A stretch of 64,000 bases of DNA from an uncultured Clostridia bacterium (lineage in GTDB: Bacteria > Bacillota > Clostridia > Christensenellales > UBA1242): assembly GCA_934749845.1 (NCBI GenBank), contig CAKVHQ010000002.1, forward strand, positions 48,962-112,961. Reading direction: 5' to 3'. Numbering within the stretch: position 1 is the stretch's first letter; each line of letters opens with the position of its first letter. Positions 56,529 to 63,613 of the stretch are shown piece by piece. The position numbers were made by a program, and so were the translations under genes. The notes under the pieces are model-generated. The model saw nothing but the letters and a program-made list of their open reading frames with translations. It ran no database searches and was not told the DNA's origin.

Positions 56529-57464
56529 CTATTTAATACTATTTATTGCTTTTTTCTTTGAAACTAATTCAGTGAACACTTCTTCAAGTGATTTTGTTAT
56601 AGTGCTAATTCCATAAATTGAAATGCCTTCTTTAATAAGCATAGATGTTACGACTGGGATTTTTCGTTCGTTCATTTCAAAAATAATAGTGTTTCCAGCC
56701 AAATATACCGGTACTTTATAATTTAGAATGATAAGTTTGCCCGCAAAATTTGGATAGTCAACTTTGATGCAAACCTTGTTTTGTTTTTCAATACCCTTTT
56801 TAAGTTGTTCGATTGTTTTAACTTCAATAAGTTTGCCACCATCAATAATCCCAACAGTGTCGCATAATTGTTCCATTTCGGAAAGAATATGGCTGGATAT
56901 CAAAATTGAAATTTTTTGTTCCTGCGCCAACTTTCTTAAAAATGTTCTCATTTCTTTTATGCCATTTGGGTCTAATCCATTTGTTGGTTCATCTAATATC
57001 AAAAGTTTTGGATTGTGGAGAAGTGCTTGTGCAATACCAACTCTTTGTTTCATGCCCAAAGAGTAAGTTTTCACTTTATCAAAAATTCTTTTTTCCATTC
57101 CAACTAATCTTACAACTTCATTTATTCTTTGTTGTGAAATGTGAGGGTAGAGGCTAGCAAAATATTTTAAGTTATCCATTCCAGACATATATGGATACAA
57201 TTCTGGATTTTCAATAATTCCACCAACATTTAAAATTGCTTTTTCAAAATCTTTTTTAATATTTTTGCCGCAAATAAAAACTGTTCCAGTTGTGCATGAA
57301 ATTAAACCAGTTATCATTTTTATAATTGTTGTTTTTCCAGCGCCATTAGGACCGATTAACCCAAAAATTTCCCCTTCAAAAATTTGAAAGGAAACATTAT
57401 CAACGGCAACTCTTTCGCCAAATTTTTTTGTTACATTGGCAACATCTAAAACTATTTTTGTCAA
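56529..57464 (-). CDS. ABC transporter ATP-binding protein
   Basis: Walker A GPNGAGKTT, signature LSLGMKQR, Walker B LLILDEP. TTG start with AAGGAG Shine-Dalgarno. Confidence 0.92.
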   Translation of the reverse strand: MTKIVLDVANVTKKFGERVAVDNVSFQIFEGEIFGLIGPNGAGKTTIIKMITGLISCTTGTVFICGKNIKKDFEKAILNVGGIIENPELYPYMSGMDNLKYFASLYPHISQQRINEVVRLVGMEKRIFDKVKTYSLGMKQRVGIAQALLHNPKLLILDEPTNGLDPNGIKEMRTFLRKLAQEQKISILISSHILSEMEQLCDTVGIIDGGKLIEVKTIEQLKKGIEKQNKVCIKVDYPNFAGKLIILNYKVPVYLAGNTIIFEMNERKIPVVTSMLIKEGISIYGISTITKSLEEVFTELVSKKKAINSIK

Positions 57465-57521
57465 AATATTTTATCTCCTTATTATTATAATAATAACATT
57501 CAAAAAACAAAACTGCAAAAA

Positions 57522-59666
57522 TTATTTGGCATAATATGGAAGTTTGCTAAAAATTTTATTTAAAACAGGCATCGTTGCGTACAAAATTAGCAAACAAGAA
57601 GGCACAACGAAACTAAAACAGTAATTTCCTATTGTTTTCAAAGTCATACCAGATAGGTTGTTAAACAAAAATAACAAGCCAAATCCAACAACTGCCACGA
57701 TTAAGTTAAGTAAAAAGCGTTTAGTTTCAAATTTATATATAACACGTTTATATTTGCCATATGAATACGAAGCAATTTCGATAATCATAAATAGCCCAAT
57801 AACAGATGCATTTGCAAGCATAAATAACTTTTGGTTATTTACTAAAATAAATTGTTGTTCTTTTACTAACGAAAATGTTAAAAGAAGGGCAATAGCAATT
57901 AGCGACAATATCATGCTTGAAGTAAAGTTTAGTTTGCCAATTCTTGTAAACTTACTTGTTTTAATTTCCGGAACATTTTTGCGAAGATACCTTATTTCGT
58001 AATCGCTAAAATTATATCCATGATTTTCGCATTTCTTGTCAAATGACAAGTTGTTAGTGCTATATTGTGCTTCTGTTTGACTTATGGTTGCTTTTTCGTT
58101 GAAACTTAAGTCATTCGAGTTCGTAGTATTTATTTTGTCGTAATAATTTTGTTCAAAGTTTTTATAATTACTGTTTTGTTCTTGGTTATAAGCCTTTGTG
58201 GAACTATATTTTGAAGAATCTAAACTCAAATTGATATTGTTCATATATTCGTGTGCTAATGATTGGTCGTTATTTTTTCTAACCACTTGTTCAACTGGTT
58301 CTGGTTCAGCAACTTGCTCTGTTTTAGCAATTAAGCTTTGCTTATCACTGTCATCATAAACATCGCCAAAAATGCTTTTAAAATTTATGTTGTTAAAGTT
58401 ATCAACAAAATCTTTAGTAAAGCCCAAATCTTCGGTTAAATTGGTGTTTTTATCGTTAATTTGACGCATAGTTGAAGAAGTAACTTGTGACTGTTCAAAT
58501 TCTTTATTTTCATACTTTTCAAAAGTTTGTGAATTTTGAGCGCTATCGGCTTGAATCTCTTGGCTATTACTATTTGCATTTACCAAACTGCTATCAAAAA
58601 TTTCCACCTTATGCAAATTTTCATCAACTTTTGGTGCATTTAAGTTTCCAGAAAGTGCCTCACTCATTCTTCTTTCTTGCATCAAGCGTTCTTGCTCTGT
58701 TTGGTCAAAAAAGTTTTCTTCTTTTTTAGGCTCTTCATTTGTTTTAGATTGTTCTTCAAACGACTTTTGAAACTTTTCATATAGTTCATCAAAATTATCT
58801 TTTTTAACAGCAGTTTCTTGCATTGTGGAATTGTTAAAACTGCCCATAAAATCACTGGTTCTGTCTAAATCTTCAAACGAAACAGGAGTGGTGGACTTTT
58901 CTTCTTTGTTTTCATAAAAACTTGTTGAAGACTGGTTAATGAAATCGTCGAAATTTATTTTGCTATTCAATTTTTCTCCAACCGAAACTTCTTCTTGTTT
59001 TAAAGTTTTTTCTTCAACAATTTTTTCTTCTTTTTGTTCAACTATATTTTGTGGCTCAACCTTTTCTTCACGCTCTGGTTGCTTAATTTCTTCCACTTTT
59101 GGTTGAGTAGCAATTTCTTGTTGAGCCTCTTCATTTTTTTTATTGCTTAAATCTGCAAAAGAGAACAAATCAAACTGATTTTCATTAACTTTATGACCAA
59201 AAGTTTTATTTTCAGTTTGTGGAGCAGGCGAGTTGATTGCTTGACTTAATTGTTCATTAGTTTTTTGAGCATCAAAAAGCGAAGATTTTGCATCTTGTAA
59301 ATCTTCTTTAATGTTATCAATATTTTTCTCTAATTCGCTTTTTTGAAACATAGAGTCAACCAAGTCGTTTCGTTCATCTTCCCACGAAAAGTTGGTTTGT
59401 TCAATTTTTCTTCTTCCTTGCTCGGTTAAGCGGTAATAATGGCGTCTACCACCAATATCACTATCACCCCAATAAGATTCAACTAATTTTTGCGACTCCA
59501 ATCGTTTAAGTCCGCTATACAAACTTGGCTGTTTTAAAATATAGTTTCCATTTGTCTTTTGTTCAACTTCTTGACAAATTTCATAGCCATATTTATCGCC
59601 AGATTGAAGGGCTTTCATGATAATATTATAAACCGAACCTCTGCCTGAACCTATGCTTTGTTTCAT
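57522..59666 (-). CDS. membrane-anchored PadR-family transcriptional regulator with a long low-complexity linker
   Basis: N-terminal winged helix (GDKYGYEICQEV...LKQPSLYSGLKRLESQKLVESYW...RRHYYRLTEQG), ~470 aa acidic/Asn/Gln-rich linker, ~5 C-terminal TM helices. Start moved to ATG 59666 (GGAGA Shine-Dalgarno). Confidence 0.75.
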   Translation of the reverse strand: MKQSIGSGRGSVYNIIMKALQSGDKYGYEICQEVEQKTNGNYILKQPSLYSGLKRLESQKLVESYWGDSDIGGRRHYYRLTEQGRRKIEQTNFSWEDERNDLVDSMFQKSELEKNIDNIKEDLQDAKSSLFDAQKTNEQLSQAINSPAPQTENKTFGHKVNENQFDLFSFADLSNKKNEEAQQEIATQPKVEEIKQPEREEKVEPQNIVEQKEEKIVEEKTLKQEEVSVGEKLNSKINFDDFINQSSTSFYENKEEKSTTPVSFEDLDRTSDFMGSFNNSTMQETAVKKDNFDELYEKFQKSFEEQSKTNEEPKKEENFFDQTEQERLMQERRMSEALSGNLNAPKVDENLHKVEIFDSSLVNANSNSQEIQADSAQNSQTFEKYENKEFEQSQVTSSTMRQINDKNTNLTEDLGFTKDFVDNFNNINFKSIFGDVYDDSDKQSLIAKTEQVAEPEPVEQVVRKNNDQSLAHEYMNNINLSLDSSKYSSTKAYNQEQNSNYKNFEQNYYDKINTTNSNDLSFNEKATISQTEAQYSTNNLSFDKKCENHGYNFSDYEIRYLRKNVPEIKTSKFTRIGKLNFTSSMILSLIAIALLLTFSLVKEQQFILVNNQKLFMLANASVIGLFMIIEIASYSYGKYKRVIYKFETKRFLLNLIVAVVGFGLLFLFNNLSGMTLKTIGNYCFSFVVPSCLLILYATMPVLNKIFSKLPYYAK

Positions 59667-59689
59667 CTTTTGTCTCCTTAATTTAACAA

Positions 59690-59719
59690 ATTTTAACATA
59701 TTGTTTTACAATATGTCAA
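59690..59719 (-). promoter_or_regulatory. padR-like operon promoter with a 21-bp perfect palindrome filling the spacer (candidate autoregulatory operator)
   Basis: Minus strand reads TTGACA-18 nt-TAAAAT. ACATATTGT-AAA-ACAATATGT (59696-59716) spans the spacer and the edge of the -35. Confidence 0.55.
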
Positions 59720-59722
59720 ACA

Positions 59723-59746
59723 ATACTATGCAAAATACTATGCAAA
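59723..59746. repeat. exact tandem pair of ATACTATGCAAA (one-mismatch variant of the dispersed 12-mer)
   Basis: Two abutting copies 3 nt upstream of the padR-like -35, followed at 59756-59768 by TGCCGAAAAATCG, the repeat core in reverse complement. Confidence 0.8.
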
Positions 59747-59798
59747 CTCTAAAAGTGCCGAAAAATCGTTGCTTTTTTTACTTTTGTGTTTTAAACTT

Positions 59799-60473
59799 AT
59801 GAATATGATAACACCAAAACTAATAAAGCGAAGTGACAGAAACAGTCTTGCATTAACGATAGATGATTATGGCGATTTGATTGTTAAAGCGCCAAGAAAT
59901 ATGACCTTGGACGAAATTTTTTCGTTCATTAACAAAAAACAAAAATGGATAGAAGAAAAGCAAACAAAAACTAAATCAATTTTGCAAAAAAACTACGAAG
60001 TAGTGAACTATGAAAAGATTTTTTATCTAGGAAAATTATTTAAAATTTATCAAACAAAGGGGATAGATGAGCCATATTTAACCAATGATGGACTAATTAT
60101 AAAGTCAACAAACTCTTTGAATAGCCGAAAAGCAATGCTTAAATCGTTTTTAATTAAGCGTTGTGACGACATTTTATTCCCAAGAATAATCAATCAAACA
60201 AAGCGTTTAAATGCCGAATTTTCGGCGATTAAGGTTGTTTCAAGCAAAACAAAATGGGGTATGTGTGACAGCAAACGAAATTTGTATTTTAATTACAAGC
60301 TTTTAATGCTTTCGCCAGAACTAATTGATTATATTATCATTCACGAAATTTGTCATTTAAGCCAGTTAAACCACAGTTATAAATTTTGGAAATTGGTAGG
60401 AAAATACATGCCTAATTATAAGCAATGCCAAAAACTACTAAAAGACTGCAACTTTTTAATAAAGTTATTTTAG
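59799..60473 (+). CDS. YgjP-like (DUF45/M48-type) zinc metallopeptidase-fold protein
   Basis: C-terminal HEICH (HExxH) followed by ...H...FW. Start uncertain (ATG 59799 or 59805; the ORF track uses TTG 59769). Confidence 0.7.
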   Translation: MNMITPKLIKRSDRNSLALTIDDYGDLIVKAPRNMTLDEIFSFINKKQKWIEEKQTKTKSILQKNYEVVNYEKIFYLGKLFKIYQTKGIDEPYLTNDGLIIKSTNSLNSRKAMLKSFLIKRCDDILFPRIINQTKRLNAEFSAIKVVSSKTKWGMCDSKRNLYFNYKLLMLSPELIDYIIIHEICHLSQLNHSYKFWKLVGKYMPNYKQCQKLLKDCNFLIKLF

Positions 60474-60650
60474 ACGAGTAATACGAGTAATAAATGATTT
60501 GGTGTATAAGAGATAATAATTGAAACAATTCATAAACCAAATACGCTAAACATTACAATTTATATTGAAAAAGAATTTCTTAAGCATAGCATTAGCTATG
60601 TTTTTTTGGAGTAGGTGAATAAAAAATTGTTTTTATTTATATTTATAACT

Positions 60651-60676
60651 ATTCGCAAAATACAGATTTTGCGAAT
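60651..60676. repeat. 26-bp perfect palindrome ATTCGCAAAAT-ACAG-ATTTTGCGAAT (hairpin or recombinase-core-like site)
   Basis: Read directly. Its left arm plus flanks (TATTCGCAAAATAC, 60650-60663) recurs at 61788-61801. Confidence 0.8.
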
Positions 60677-60757
60677 TTTATCCCTATGAAATAGCCCGAA
60701 AAGTCGGGAGTTTATATTTTTTACTATTTTTTAAATTTTTTCAAGTTTTCAAAATTC

Positions 60758-60790
60758 TTAAAAAAATCGTAACTTAATTTCGTTACGATT
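60758..60790 (-). terminator. terminator of the NTase-like gene
   Basis: AATCGTAAC/GTTACGATT stem plus T-run on the minus strand. Overlaps the stop codon. Confidence 0.65.
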
Positions 60791-61712
60791 TTTTATCAAT
60801 TACTTCTTCAAAGTTTTCAAAAGCATATCTAATTTTGTTAACAAATTGCTTTGCTAATTTTATTGAGTAAAGCGATTTGTTGTTAAACATTAAATCAGTT
60901 TCGTCAGCAAGCATAAAATTATTAGGTTTTTTGTTAAGCATGTAAGTTATAATATTTTGTATCATAGCATAATTGTTGTTTTCCAAAAACAAATTGTTTG
61001 GAATGTTGTATAAATAATTTTCAACAAAACCATTTTTGCCGATATATAATTCAGTTTCTTCGGCAAGCAATAATTCAAGTTCTAGTGCTTTGAATAGTTT
61101 TACAACTTTTCCAAAATTTTGCTTTGTTTGTTCATTTTTTTTGTCTATATTATCTAAATATTGGGTTGGATTTACATTAACCCAAGTGTTCACACGTCGA
61201 CATAAAAAATTCTCATTCCCAAAGTCATAGCAAATTGTGATTTTTGCAACGACATTTTGAGCAAACCTAATCATAATTTGGTTGCGTTTTGTGTAAATTT
61301 TCGCAATCGAAGGCATTTGCGCTCTTAAGTAAGCGTCAAACCTTTCAGCCACTTGTTCTGCTTGCATAATGCCTTTATTTGTTGCAACGCCCATAATTTG
61401 TTGATAAGTGCTAACTTTAACTTTACCTTTTTTTGTGACTTTTTGAGATGTCACTGCTAAATTTATATTTTCTCGGTCTGTTTTATAAATTATATAAAAT
61501 TCTATTAGTGAATTTTCATAGCCAGTGTTTGAAATATAATCGCCAAAAGGAAAAACCGTCAATATGCCAGTTAATAAGTCGTTAAAAGCCGTATCTTTAA
61601 TTTCTTCCAACTTTGCGTATAAGTCTTCATATAAAGTGTATATTTTAGTATTTTCTCGTTTTTCTTTGTCTTCAATCGCTTTTAAAACAATGCTTAAATT
61701 TTCCTTTTCCAT
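60783..61712 (-). CDS. diverged nucleotidyltransferase-fold protein (SMODS/CD-NTase/MNT-like) with incomplete catalytic triad
   Basis: FGDYISNTGYENSLIEFYIIY aligns to hG[GS]x9-13-DhDh with only the second carboxylate kept. Later KITICYDFG and NPTQYLDNI...FGKVVKLFKALE resemble the helical segment of pol-beta-type NTases. GGAAGG Shine-Dalgarno. Confidence 0.5.
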   Translation of the reverse strand: MEKENLSIVLKAIEDKEKRENTKIYTLYEDLYAKLEEIKDTAFNDLLTGILTVFPFGDYISNTGYENSLIEFYIIYKTDRENINLAVTSQKVTKKGKVKVSTYQQIMGVATNKGIMQAEQVAERFDAYLRAQMPSIAKIYTKRNQIMIRFAQNVVAKITICYDFGNENFLCRRVNTWVNVNPTQYLDNIDKKNEQTKQNFGKVVKLFKALELELLLAEETELYIGKNGFVENYLYNIPNNLFLENNNYAMIQNIITYMLNKKPNNFMLADETDLMFNNKSLYSIKLAKQFVNKIRYAFENFEEVIDKKS

Positions 61713-61729
61713 TCATACCTTCCATTTTT

Positions 61730-61758
61730 ATTATAAACAAATGTTTATATAAAATCAA
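61730..61758 (-). promoter_or_regulatory. promoter of the NTase-like gene overlapped by a LexA-type box
   Basis: Minus strand reads TTGATT-17 nt-TATAAT. The palindrome ATAAACAAATGTTTAT (61733-61748) covers most of the spacer and part of the -10. Confidence 0.6.
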
Positions 61759-61787
61759 TTTATTTATACAATATTTTTTGTCGCAAG

Positions 61788-61801
61788 TATTCGCAAAATA
61801 C
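61788..61801. repeat. second copy of TATTCGCAAAATAC
   Basis: Exact 14-mer also at 60650-60663, in the same orientation. The two copies bracket the NTase-like gene and its promoter. Confidence 0.8.
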
Positions 61802-61821
61802 TTTTTTAAATTAAACACATG

Positions 61822-61830
61822 TGCTATAAT
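61822..61830 (+). promoter_or_regulatory. extended -10 (TGCTATAAT) ending 6 nt before the recombinase ATG (leaderless candidate)
   Basis: TGCTATAAT-TTAAGT-ATG(61837). The same TGTGCTATAAT 11-mer occurs at the ftsK promoter (21334-21344). Confidence 0.4.
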
Positions 61831-61836
61831 TTAAGT

Positions 61837-62877
61837 ATGGAAAAACTTAATTATTTTCAACAACGAAACATAAAAAACGAGCAACAACTGCAAAAAATTT
61901 TGAAAGATTTACCCATGTTTTGCGAAGACTTTTTTATTGGAATTGAAAGCCGTACAACGCCACTTACAAGGCTTGGTTACGCACAAGATTTAAAAAGATT
62001 TTTTATCTTTTTAACCACACAAACTTATGCTTTTTCAAACAAGTCGCCCAGCGAACTAACGCTTGCCGATTTAAACAGAGTTACGGATTCTCATATTGAA
62101 AAATATTTGGTTTACTTAAATTCTTACGAAAATCAAAACAAAGTGTTTATTAACACAAGAAAAACAAAAGCAAGAAAGTTTTCTAGCGTTAAAACCATGT
62201 TAAGATTTTTCTATCGCAAAGGCAAAATCGACCAAAATATCGGCGATAAATTGGATAGTCCAAAGTTAAAAGACAAGGAAATTATCAAACTTGAACCCGA
62301 AGAAGTTGTAAAACTTTTAAATGCCGTTGAAACGGGCGAAGACCTTTCCCCTGCCGAAAAGAAATTTCATGACATTACAAAATGCCGTGACATTGCAATA
62401 ATGACGCTTTTTTTGGGCACTGGAATTCGTATAAGCGAGTTGGTTGGACTAGATGTTAGCGACATAGATTTTAACCAAAATGCGTTCACTATAACCCGAA
62501 AAGGCGGAGCAAGAGTTATTCTCTATTTTAGCGATGAAGTTAAAACTGCTTTATTGCAATATCTTGATGAACGAAACGCGAAAGCAAGCGAAGACGAACC
62601 TGCTTTTTTCCTTTCCCTTCAAAATAAACGAATTACCACAAGGGCTGTGGAGAAACTAGTAAAAAAATATTGCAGTTCGGTTATCCCACTAAAAAAGATT
62701 ACTCCGCACAAACTTAGGTCAACCTACGGCACAAATTTATACAGAGAAACTGGAGACATTTATATCGTTGCAAGCGTTCTTGGTCATAAAGATGTTAACA
62801 CTACCAAAAAGTATTATGCTCAAATTTCTGACGACATGAGACGAAGTGCTTCAACGAAAGTAAAATTAAGAGATTAA
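61837..62877 (+). CDS. tyrosine site-specific recombinase (XerC/XerD-like)
   Basis: N-terminal SAM-like core-binding domain. Catalytic residues in GTGIRISEL, HKLRSTYGT, LGHKDVNTTKKYY. Start set to ATG 61837, because the ORF-track ATG 61819 lies inside the -10 region. Confidence 0.85.
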   Translation: MEKLNYFQQRNIKNEQQLQKILKDLPMFCEDFFIGIESRTTPLTRLGYAQDLKRFFIFLTTQTYAFSNKSPSELTLADLNRVTDSHIEKYLVYLNSYENQNKVFINTRKTKARKFSSVKTMLRFFYRKGKIDQNIGDKLDSPKLKDKEIIKLEPEEVVKLLNAVETGEDLSPAEKKFHDITKCRDIAIMTLFLGTGIRISELVGLDVSDIDFNQNAFTITRKGGARVILYFSDEVKTALLQYLDERNAKASEDEPAFFLSLQNKRITTRAVEKLVKKYCSSVIPLKKITPHKLRSTYGTNLYRETGDIYIVASVLGHKDVNTTKKYYAQISDDMRRSASTKVKLRD

Positions 62878-62887
62878 AAATTTTTTA

Positions 62888-62926
62888 GAACAAATGTTTG
62901 ACAAACTAATTTTTATGTGTTATAAA
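62888..62926 (+). promoter_or_regulatory. lexA promoter with an autoregulatory LexA box overlapping the -35
   Basis: GAACAAATGTTTG (62888-62900) overlaps TTGACA (62898-62903)-17 nt-TATAAA (62921-62926). Confidence 0.7.
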
Positions 62927-62958
62927 TATATCGAGAAAAAATTAAAGGAACTTGATAA

Positions 62959-63570
62959 ATGAAAAAAATTGAACAAAATTTAGAGAAATTAGTTGATTAT
63001 ATTTGTGATTGCAGTTCTAACATGAACTATCTTCCAAGTGTTCGAGAAATGGCAGACCATTTGGGCATTAAAAGCACATCAACCATAAGTTATTATCTTG
63101 ATATTTTAGACAAACGAGGCGTTATAAAAAAGAGTTCTAACTCCAAAGCAAGAGCATTTGAAATTATCGACAACAAAAAAGAAGAAGAAATTCCTATGGT
63201 AAAAGTTCCACTCGTTGGTAGAGTAACTTGCGGAACGCCAATTTTGGCTGTTGAAAATTACGAAAGCATCTACTCTTTCCCACAAAACTTATTTAATAGC
63301 CAAGATTTATTTATGCTTCAAGCCGAAGGAAACAGCATGATAAACGCCGGAATACATAACGGCGACTATATTGTTGTTCACAAACAATCTTCGGCTGAAA
63401 ATGGCGAAATTGTTGTTGCTATGGTAGACTATCACGCAACAGTAAAAAGATTTTATCGTGAAACAGGCCGTTTTAGACTTCAACCAGAAAATGACACAAT
63501 GAGTCCTATCTACACTTCCAATGTGATAATTCTAGGTAAAGTTGTTGGACTAATTAGAAAAATGAGATAA
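62959..63570 (+). CDS. lexA: SOS repressor LexA
   Basis: N-terminal winged HTH (PSVREMADHLGIKSTSTISYYL), S24 peptidase Ser (GNSM) and Lys (VKRF). Confidence 0.95.
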   Translation: MKKIEQNLEKLVDYICDCSSNMNYLPSVREMADHLGIKSTSTISYYLDILDKRGVIKKSSNSKARAFEIIDNKKEEEIPMVKVPLVGRVTCGTPILAVENYESIYSFPQNLFNSQDLFMLQAEGNSMINAGIHNGDYIVVHKQSSAENGEIVVAMVDYHATVKRFYRETGRFRLQPENDTMSPIYTSNVIILGKVVGLIRKMR

Positions 63571-63583
63571 AACTAATTAAAAA

Positions 63584-63610
63584 AAGGAAGAATTCAATCT
63601 CTTCCTTTTT
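63584..63610. terminator. bidirectional terminator between lexA and the convergent gene
   Basis: AAGGAAGA/TCTTCCTT stem flanked by A- and T-runs. Confidence 0.65.
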
Positions 63611-63613
63611 CAT

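Noticed and set aside
61837-62877. Tyrosine recombinase as evidence of a prophage or ICE
   Set aside because: There are no phage structural, replication, conjugation or excisionase genes nearby. The neighbours are core genes (lexA), and it is not next to the tRNA cluster.
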